Of a stretch of DNA of 32,000 bases, positions 25,710-32,000 are shown piece by piece. How positions within the stretch are numbered: the first letter of the stretch is position 1; each line of letters begins with the position of its first letter. The translations under genes were made by a program, and so were the position numbers. Under the pieces are notes generated by a model. The model saw only the letters and a program-made list of their open reading frames with translations, did no database searches and was not told the origin of the DNA. Location of the stretch: the sequence record MN988541.1; one strand, given 5' to 3'. The stretch comes from Rhizobium phage RHph_I65.

Positions 25710-26159
25710 ATGCCGTACACGGAAAACTACAACACAGACCTGGCGGTTGCTCTTGAGGGTATGGTCGCCGATACCGGTCCAGCCCTCATCGTCTCCCGGA
25801 CCGTGGAGACCAATGATCTCGCCTTCGGCGAAGCCGTGAAGATGGGCTCCAAGGAGCACTGCGTCAACGGCGATACGACCGGCGCCGCCGAGATCTATGG
25901 CATCTCAGTCCGCTCGCAGGCCACCAAGGCCGAGAAGCCGAACGTTTACCCGGTCGGCGACACGGCAGCGATCCTGCTGCGCGGCGCTATCTGGGTGAAG
26001 GTCGCCGAGCCGGTCGCAGTTGACGGCATTGTCACGGTCACGGTCGCCACCGGCGGCTTTGGTGACCAGGCAGTTGCTGCCGGCATCGTCCAGATCGCCA
26101 ACGCCAAATGGGAAACCGCCGCAACCACGGGTGGTCTGGCCCGTCTGCGCATCAAGTAA
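25710..26159 (+). CDS. Capsid decoration/cement-like structural protein
   Basis: 149 aa, position between scaffold and major capsid protein. Confidence 0.6.
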   Translation: MPYTENYNTDLAVALEGMVADTGPALIVSRTVETNDLAFGEAVKMGSKEHCVNGDTTGAAEIYGISVRSQATKAEKPNVYPVGDTAAILLRGAIWVKVAEPVAVDGIVTVTVATGGFGDQAVAAGIVQIANAKWETAATTGGLARLRIK

Positions 26160-26171
26160 GGAGCAGACGAA

Positions 26172-27110
26172 ATGAACGGACAGCAGCTTATGGTCGGCGA
26201 TGCGATGCAGGCAAACCTCGGGTTTGTTCTCTCGCAGACCACGTTTATCGAAACAGGCGTTTACCGGGCTCGCTATCCGGCGATCCGTTACCCGGGCCTC
26301 ATCCCGGTTGACTACTCGGCGCCCGAGTGGATCAAGACGATCACCTACTACAGCATGGACGTCGCTGGCCGTGCCGAGTGGCTGGCGGATCGCGCATCTG
26401 ATATCCCGGTCGTCGGCACCAACATGGAAAGTGCCAACACGGATATCTACATGGCCGGTATCGGCTATGACTACGGCCTGGAAGAAGTCAACCAGGCGAT
26501 CATGCTTGGCATGAACCTTCCCGGCGAGCGCGCCGCGACGGCTCGTCAGGTCTATGAGCGCACTGTCGACAACATCGCCTTCCTCGGCGACGTCGAAAAG
26601 GGCTGGAAGGGCCTGTTCAACAGCACCGCCGTCACCGCAGCCTCGGCGCCGACCGGTAACTGGGCAACCGCCACTGAAGATCAGATCTTGGCCGACATCA
26701 ACGATATCCTCAGCGATGTCTATGTGGCCACGAACGAGATCGCAATGGCCGACACCCTCCTGCTGCCGTCGCTGAAGTTCCAGCAGATCGCTTCCAAGCG
26801 TCTGGGCGACGGCAACGGTACGCTCACCATCCTGGAGTTCATCCAGCGGGCGAACGTCTACACGGCGGAAACCGGACAGCAGCTGAAGATCCGGGGCATG
26901 CGCGGCCTGAACACCGCCGGCGCCGGCGGAACGGCTCGCATGGTCGCCTACCGCAATTCCTCGGAAGTGCTGAAAATGCATATCCCGATGCGCCACCGGT
27001 TCCTGCCGGTCCAGATCCAGGGTCTGACCTTCAAGATCCCTGGTATCTTCCGCCTGGGCGGGCTCGATATCCGTCTGCCCAAGGAAGTGCGCTACAGCGA
27101 CGGCATCTGA
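26172..27110 (+). CDS. Major capsid protein (DUF2184-like)
   Basis: 312 aa; 'ITYYSMDVAGRAEWLADRASDIPVV', 'ERTVDNIAFLGD', 'HRFLPVQIQGLTFKIP'; position in the cluster. Confidence 0.78.
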   Translation: MNGQQLMVGDAMQANLGFVLSQTTFIETGVYRARYPAIRYPGLIPVDYSAPEWIKTITYYSMDVAGRAEWLADRASDIPVVGTNMESANTDIYMAGIGYDYGLEEVNQAIMLGMNLPGERAATARQVYERTVDNIAFLGDVEKGWKGLFNSTAVTAASAPTGNWATATEDQILADINDILSDVYVATNEIAMADTLLLPSLKFQQIASKRLGDGNGTLTILEFIQRANVYTAETGQQLKIRGMRGLNTAGAGGTARMVAYRNSSEVLKMHIPMRHRFLPVQIQGLTFKIPGIFRLGGLDIRLPKEVRYSDGI

Positions 27111-27135
27111 TCCCGCCGCAATACCGTCGCTCAAG

Positions 27136-27164
27136 GCCCCACCCTTCACTCTGAGGGGTGGGGC
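27136..27164 (+). promoter_or_regulatory. Strong intergenic hairpin downstream of the major capsid gene
   Basis: GCCCCACCC (27136-27144) / GGGTGGGGC (27156-27164), 11-nt loop, no U tract. Confidence 0.6.
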
Positions 27165-27195
27165 TGAGCCAACAGTAAGCCAAGGAGAAATCATC

Positions 27196-27579
27196 ATGGT
27201 CGCAGTCACGAACAAGCACGTTGGTCCGCTCGTCATCGCGGGCGTCGAAGTGCGCCCCGGCGCTACAGCCGAAGTCGATGACAATAAGTTCGAAGCCTGG
27301 AAGGGCGGGAACGCGGCTCAGATCTGGATGGATCAGGGCCTGGTTGTCGAAGGTAAGGGCGACGGCAAGGTCAAGAAGGTCGCTCAGCCGAACCTTTCGA
27401 CGGTCACGACCGGCGCGACCGGCGCCCCGGGAACGAATACCGGCGACACCGAGAAAAGTGCCGCTGACGTCCGCGCCGAAAAGCTGGAGCAGGCCCGCAC
27501 GCTCGGCCACAACCCCAACAACAACATCTCCAACGCCAAGCTGGACGAGATGATTGCCCAGGGTAAAGTCGGCGAATAA
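27196..27579 (+). CDS. Hypothetical structural protein
   Basis: 127-aa ORF with AAGGAG RBS. Confidence 0.55.
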   Translation: MVAVTNKHVGPLVIAGVEVRPGATAEVDDNKFEAWKGGNAAQIWMDQGLVVEGKGDGKVKKVAQPNLSTVTTGATGAPGTNTGDTEKSAADVRAEKLEQARTLGHNPNNNISNAKLDEMIAQGKVGE

Positions 27580-27980
27580 TGGTCGATACGCCCACCCCGG
27601 CTGAATTCAAGGCGCGTTACCCGGAGTTTGAGCCGGTTGACGACGCCTTGGTGTCTCTGGTCACCCCAGAGGCGAGCCGGTACGTGGACGACGGCTGGGA
27701 GCAGACCGACCAGAAGCCCGCGATCATGCTTATGATCGCTCATCTGCTCTCCATGGATGGATATCCCGCCCGAGTTACGAACCCGGGCGGGTGGAACGGG
27801 CAGACGGCGGGCCGGGAAATGACCTCCCGACGTGTCGGAGACGTTCAGACGACCTACGCCCAGCGCAGTACTGCCGGCGGCAATTCCTCGGCATTCTCGT
27901 CAGACCTCCTTTCGACCCTTTATGGGCGCCGGTTCCTGAGCCTCATGCGATTGAATGCGCCGACCATCGGAGTTGTCTGA
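27579..27980 (+). CDS. Head-tail connector (DUF4054-like)
   Basis: 'FKARYPEFEPVDDALVSLVTPEASRYVDDGW...AIMLMIAHLLS' pattern. Confidence 0.75.
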   Translation: MVDTPTPAEFKARYPEFEPVDDALVSLVTPEASRYVDDGWEQTDQKPAIMLMIAHLLSMDGYPARVTNPGGWNGQTAGREMTSRRVGDVQTTYAQRSTAGGNSSAFSSDLLSTLYGRRFLSLMRLNAPTIGVV

Positions 27981-28441
27981 TGCCTACGGTCGGGCTCGTG
28001 CGCCGTCACCACATCGACATCAAGGCTCCAACCGGACCCAGCCATGTAAAAGTCGGCTTCCCCGCCGGGAAGTCTGATGGTGCCGTAATCAACCGCGCAA
28101 TCTGGAACCACTACGGCACACGCGGCGGGGCTTCGGGAGGGGGTTGGGGCGGACCGATCCCGGCCCGCCCCTTCATCCTTAATACGATCCGGGGCAATCG
28201 GCGCAAATATCTGGACGCCTTGAAGACGTCCGCTGCGAAGCTGGTCCGGGGCGAAACGACCCTCCATCAGGTGCTGACCAAGCTCGGGATCGTTGTCCAA
28301 GGGGACATCCAGGCTGAGATCGATAGCGGCGATTTTGTGCCCAATTCGCCGACGACCGTTGCCATGAAGGGTTCGTCCCGTCCGCTCATCGATACCGGCG
28401 AGATGCGCCAGAAGGTTACATGGCAGGTGACGGATGATTGA
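27980..28441 (+). CDS. Head/tail connector or tail completion protein
   Basis: 'VKVGFPAGK...NHYGTRG...GGPIPARPFILNTI' typical of neck/tail-completion proteins; ATG overlaps the upstream stop. Confidence 0.65.
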   Translation: MPTVGLVRRHHIDIKAPTGPSHVKVGFPAGKSDGAVINRAIWNHYGTRGGASGGGWGGPIPARPFILNTIRGNRRKYLDALKTSAAKLVRGETTLHQVLTKLGIVVQGDIQAEIDSGDFVPNSPTTVAMKGSSRPLIDTGEMRQKVTWQVTDD

Positions 28442-28766
28442 TGTCGCAGAAGCTATCGATGAGGAAGCCGTCCAGGTCGCGTGGAGGACGTTCGCCCCCG
28501 ATACCTACAGCCACGGCAACCTGGTCCCCGGCGCCGCAGCCGCTTCAACGCTTTGGGCTATGATCCAGCCAGCCTCGGGCCGGGTTATGAGCGATCTTCC
28601 CGAGGGTATCCGGGAGGAAGTCGCGCTTGTTGGTTGGTCGCGCACGGCGGTTGCCGTTGACAACGAAATCGATTATGGTGGTGAAACATATCGGGTGGGG
28701 TGGGTCAAGCCCTGGCCGATGGGTAATTATACCAAGTTCGCCATGATGAAGAAGGTTCCCGCGTGA
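28434..28766 (+). CDS. Putative head-tail joining protein
   Basis: 110-aa ORF between connector genes. Confidence 0.5.
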   Translation: MIDVAEAIDEEAVQVAWRTFAPDTYSHGNLVPGAAAASTLWAMIQPASGRVMSDLPEGIREEVALVGWSRTAVAVDNEIDYGGETYRVGWVKPWPMGNYTKFAMMKKVPA

Positions 28767-29260
28767 CTGAGGATCAGGTCCATACAGCTCTGATTGACTG
28801 GCTTGAACCCTTACTCGGGATCACGGTCATCAAGGCAGACCAGTCCGGCACCCGGCCCGCGCTCCCATACGGCATGACGAAGCTCGCCAACAGCGGACCG
28901 CTCCACAAGAACGTGGACAATATTCGCTATCGTGACCAGGGTGACGCACCGCTCCCGATGAAGGTCATGCCTCGGGTGGAATATGAGTACGTGTACCTGT
29001 TTTACATCTACGGCGCCGCCGGGGCGGATCTCATGAAGCGGCTCCAGATGGCCAAGGAGCTTCAGCAGACCCAGGAGCCTATGTACCCGGCGGTCACGCT
29101 GGTTGAGATGGGTCGGATCAACGACGTGCCCGAGCTGATCGGGCAGCGGTGGGAACCCCGGGTTCAAGCCAATCTTGTGGTGCGTACCTTCTCTGACGAG
29201 GAATTCGACGCCTACGTCATTGAGGAACAAACTGTAGACTACACGCCAGAAAGGGTATGA
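28763..29260 (+). CDS. Putative neck/tail terminator-like protein
   Basis: 165-aa ORF immediately upstream of the sheath gene. Confidence 0.5.
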   Translation: MTEDQVHTALIDWLEPLLGITVIKADQSGTRPALPYGMTKLANSGPLHKNVDNIRYRDQGDAPLPMKVMPRVEYEYVYLFYIYGAAGADLMKRLQMAKELQQTQEPMYPAVTLVEMGRINDVPELIGQRWEPRVQANLVVRTFSDEEFDAYVIEEQTVDYTPERV

Positions 29261-30417
29261 CCATGGCAAAGCTGCCTTATTCCAGGGTTGTGGACGTAAA
29301 TGTCACACGCACTGATCGCTTCCCGAGCCGCCGTGGTTTCGGCACGATGCTCATCCTCACGCACACTTCGGTCGCCGGTCAGGTGGATGCGACGCATCTC
29401 ACCAAGCTCTATGCGACAATCGAAGAAGTCGCCGCCGACTATCCGGCCAATACCACGGTCTACGCCCAGGCCAATACGTTCTTCGCCCAGAACCCGCGCC
29501 CGACCCGGCTCAAGGTCGGCTATGTCGCCACCCCGGTCGGCGCCGACGACGCGGCGAAGAAGGCCGCATTCATCACGAGCCTGAACAGCCTGATCAATTA
29601 CGATACGGCTTGGTACATGGCTACCGTGGACAAGCCGATGCGCGATCTCGCCTATCTTGACGGCCTGGTCGAATGGGTCGAAAGCAAGAGCAAGATGGCT
29701 CTCATCGACAGCAACGACGTGCTGATGCAGTCGCTCGCCGATACGACCAACATTGCTGCTCGCCACAAGGGGACGGTCGAACGCACGGCAGTCTTCTATC
29801 ACACCGACGCCGACACCTATCTGGCTGCTGCTGCTGCGGCCTATATGGCCACCCGCGTCTTTGACGACGCCAACAGCGCCTACACAGTCAAGTTCAAACC
29901 GGCCCGGACGATTGCCCCGGTGGATTTGGGCTCGGCGGCGATCACGGTCATCACCGGCTTCGTGGAAGGGCTCGGCCAATCCGAAAGCCAGGGCCATCTC
30001 GCCAATACCTATATCGATATTGGCGACCAGGACTTTATGGTGGAGGGTTCGACCCTCACGGAAAACGTCTTCATTGACGAGATCCACGCCACTGACTGGA
30101 TCATCGCCCGGACCGAGGAAGAAGTGCTGGGCATGTATCTCAACAACGCCCGCATCCCCTTCACCGATCAGGGTATGCAGCAGCTCGCTTCGGTCCCGCG
30201 CGGGGTGATGACCCAGGGGGTGCGCGCCGGCATCGTTGCTTCGGATCTGAACCCGGCGACCGGCGACTATGAGCCCGCGTTCACAATCACGGTGCCGTCC
30301 ATCTTCGACGTCGCCGAGAGCCAGCGCAAGGCTCGTATCGCCCCGGCGATCTCCACAATCTTCCGCTATGCTGGCGCGGTCCACTACTGCACCATCAACT
30401 ACACGATGACCTTCTAA
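29257..30417 (+). CDS. Tail sheath protein (DUF3383-like)
   Basis: 386 aa; N-terminal 'VVDVNVTRTDRFPSRRGFGTMLILTH' and 'GVRAGIVASDLNPATGDYEPAFTITVPSI'. Confidence 0.82.
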   Translation: MTMAKLPYSRVVDVNVTRTDRFPSRRGFGTMLILTHTSVAGQVDATHLTKLYATIEEVAADYPANTTVYAQANTFFAQNPRPTRLKVGYVATPVGADDAAKKAAFITSLNSLINYDTAWYMATVDKPMRDLAYLDGLVEWVESKSKMALIDSNDVLMQSLADTTNIAARHKGTVERTAVFYHTDADTYLAAAAAAYMATRVFDDANSAYTVKFKPARTIAPVDLGSAAITVITGFVEGLGQSESQGHLANTYIDIGDQDFMVEGSTLTENVFIDEIHATDWIIARTEEEVLGMYLNNARIPFTDQGMQQLASVPRGVMTQGVRAGIVASDLNPATGDYEPAFTITVPSIFDVAESQRKARIAPAISTIFRYAGAVHYCTINYTMTF

Positions 30418-30429
30418 GGAGCACGCTAG

Positions 30430-30861
30430 ATGGCAAACATTGCTTATTCGATGCTCAATGTCGTGGCCACCCTGGACGGTCGCCGCGTCATTGGCGTTAT
30501 GGACGGCGACAACGCTATCCAGATCTCTCCCGGCGCAGACGTCGGTACTATGTTGATCGGTGCGGATGGAACCCCGCTGTTCAGCCAGTCGGCTGATAAG
30601 TCGGCCACCATCGTCCTGCGTCTGAAGCCCAACAGCCCGACCCATCGTCAGCTCGTTGAGAAGTGGAAGGCGCAGCGCGCTGGTCGTCTCATCGGCTTCG
30701 CATTCGACAAGATCGATATGGGGAGCAACGAAGGCGGCACCGGGACGGACTGCTTCATCTCCAAGGCGCCCGACGACACGGCGGGTGATAAGGCAGTCGT
30801 CCGGGAATGGACCATTGTTTCGGGAAATTGGACCCCCAACGTTCCCGACCTGAACTCATAA
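30430..30861 (+). CDS. Tail tube protein (DUF3277-like)
   Basis: 'AYSMLNVVATLDGRRVIGVMDGDNAIQI...GTDCFISKAPD' pattern; follows the sheath. Confidence 0.8.
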   Translation: MANIAYSMLNVVATLDGRRVIGVMDGDNAIQISPGADVGTMLIGADGTPLFSQSADKSATIVLRLKPNSPTHRQLVEKWKAQRAGRLIGFAFDKIDMGSNEGGTGTDCFISKAPDDTAGDKAVVREWTIVSGNWTPNVPDLNS

Positions 30862-30872
30862 GGTGATTTGAA

Positions 30873-31322
30873 ATGGCGGAACAGAAAATTGGCACCCGGA
30901 CCTTCCGGGTGCAGGAAGTATTGGCGACCGAAGCCTTGATGATCCAGGCTCGGTTGATCCAAATCATCGGCGGGGGCGTGGATCGCCTTCCCGAGATCCT
31001 TGCCGGTGTGGGCTCGGACAAGAGCGAGGAAGCCAAGGCCAAGTCGAATGCAGCAATGGTCGGCGCGCTCGCCGATATCTTCACGAAGGCCGAGCCCCGG
31101 AAGACGGTCCAGCTGATCTCGGATCTGATCCAATACGCCGAAGTGCTCCAGCCTTCCGGCGCCTACGGTCGGTGCGATGTGGACGTGGATTTCTCATCCA
31201 AGGCAGATCGCAAATCCCTTTACCCTGTTTTGGGCTTCGTGCTGAAGGAGATACTGGGCGATTTTTTCGGCGACGTCCTAGCGACTGGGACGCTCCAAAA
31301 GATAATAAGGGACTTACAGTAG
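30873..31322 (+). CDS. Tail assembly chaperone, unshifted product
   Basis: 149 aa; 'MAEQKIGTRTFRVQEVLATEALMIQARLIQIIGG'; between tube and tape measure genes. Confidence 0.75.
   Translation: MAEQKIGTRTFRVQEVLATEALMIQARLIQIIGGGVDRLPEILAGVGSDKSEEAKAKSNAAMVGALADIFTKAEPRKTVQLISDLIQYAEVLQPSGAYGRCDVDVDFSSKADRKSLYPVLGFVLKEILGDFFGDVLATGTLQKIIRDLQ
31262..31268 (+). promoter_or_regulatory. Programmed -1 ribosomal frameshift site T_TTT_TTC
   Basis: Heptamer in the correct zero frame (GAT TTT TTC); the -1 frame stays open to 31513. Predicted product join(30873..31268,31268..31513), 213 aa. Confidence 0.8.
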
Positions 31323-31499
31323 CGGAAGCGGGTAGAATTGCCCCCAATCTGAACTTGTGGCTCTGGCGCCCGATCTTGTCAGACCCACCGATATACACTC
31401 AGCGTGACCTTAGAGAGTGGGTCACCCTCGCTGATGTCTTAGATGCCCATGAGGCCCTAAACCTCAAGGCAGCGGGCTTGGAGAAGGTGAGACGCTTAA

Positions 31500-32000
31500 A
31501 TGGCAATAGCTGACGAACTGATCGCCCTACTCGGCTATGAGGTCCGGGGCGAGGAGAACATCAAGCGATACAACGCCAATCTGGACGCGACTGCCAAGCG
31601 CATCACCGCGCTCGGGGTCGCGGCTGGCGTTGCCGCCGGTTGGCTCACCACCAAGCTCATCGGCGGGATCAAAAGCGGGATCTCCTCGCTGGTCGATACC
31701 AATGCGCAGTTTGAAACGATCTCCACAACCCTTCTGACCATTGAGGGCTCGGCGGATAAGGCCAAGTCATCCCTGGCATGGATTCAGCAATTCGCCAAGA
31801 CCACGCCTTATGATCTTGCGAGCGTCAGCGAAGCCTTCGTGAAGCTCAAGGCATATGGCATCGATCCGGTCGCCAACGACACCCTCAAGACGCTTGGCGA
31901 CTCAGCCTCAGCTATGGGCAAGCCCCTGAATGCCGCGATTGAGATGTTCAGCGATGCCGCCACGTTCCAATTCGAACGCATGAAGGAATTTGGCGTCACG
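31500..32000 (+). CDS. Tape measure protein, N-terminal part (runs off the window)
   Basis: ATG at 31500, open to the window end: MAIADELIALLGYEVRGEENIKRYNANLDATAKRITALGVAAGVAAGWLTTKLIGGIKSG... Confidence 0.75.
   Translation, partial: MAIADELIALLGYEVRGEENIKRYNANLDATAKRITALGVAAGVAAGWLTTKLIGGIKSGISSLVDTNAQFETISTTLLTIEGSADKAKSSLAWIQQFAKTTPYDLASVSEAFVKLKAYGIDPVANDTLKTLGDSASAMGKPLNAAIEMFSDAATFQFERMKEFGVT

Noticed and set aside
24752-25720. 322-aa minus-strand ORF
   Set aside because: Antisense to the DUF2213/scaffold gene; shadow ORF.
25905-27284. 459-aa minus-strand ORF
   Set aside because: Lies opposite the decoration and major capsid genes; a mirror frame expected from high-GC codon usage, with no recognisable domain or separate RBS context.
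29239-30645. 468-aa minus-strand ORF
   Set aside because: Complement of the tail sheath gene; low-complexity charged/Gly/His-rich translation typical of antisense open frames.

Overview
The window is a contiguous, almost entirely plus-strand segment of a contractile-tailed (myovirus-type) phage or prophage genome. No integrase, repressor, tRNA or CRISPR was recognised. (1) 1-6.6 kb: a tightly packed cassette with the hallmarks of a thymidine-hypermodification pathway. It has a radical SAM enzyme, a P-loop polynucleotide-kinase-like protein, an alpha-glutamyl/putrescinyl-thymine pyrophosphorylase-like (aGPT-Pplase) clade 2 candidate, a second P-loop kinase, an aGPT-Pplase clade 1 candidate and a thymidylate-synthase/dUMP-hydroxymethylase homologue, plus several small unknown ORFs. 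(2) 6.6-14.6 kb: HD hydrolase, DUF3310 protein, a stand-alone DnaA-domain-IV-like protein, family A DNA polymerase, dCMP deaminase, VRR-NUC-like nuclease, primase-helicase, MazG-like protein and 3'-5' exonuclease. (3) 14.6-16.7 kb: small ORFs including short membrane peptides, closed by a strong terminator. (4) 16.7-17.15 kb: a non-coding region with seven copies of AAGTTAAGA and a good sigma70-like promoter. (5) 17.1-32 kb: terminase, portal (DUF1073/Acb1-like, with a C-terminal 2H-phosphoesterase-like domain), SGNH-hydrolase-like protein, MuF, DUF2213 protease/scaffold, capsid, connectors, tail sheath (DUF3383), tail tube (DUF3277), a tail-assembly chaperone with a canonical -1 frameshift site (TTTTTTC), and the start of a tape measure protein. 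The most notable signals are the modification cassette, the portal-phosphoesterase fusion, the AAGTTAAGA array, and a recurring hairpin plus (T/C)TCAGAAARGGAG-type leader upstream of several genes. All family names are motif-level readings from memory, not database hits.
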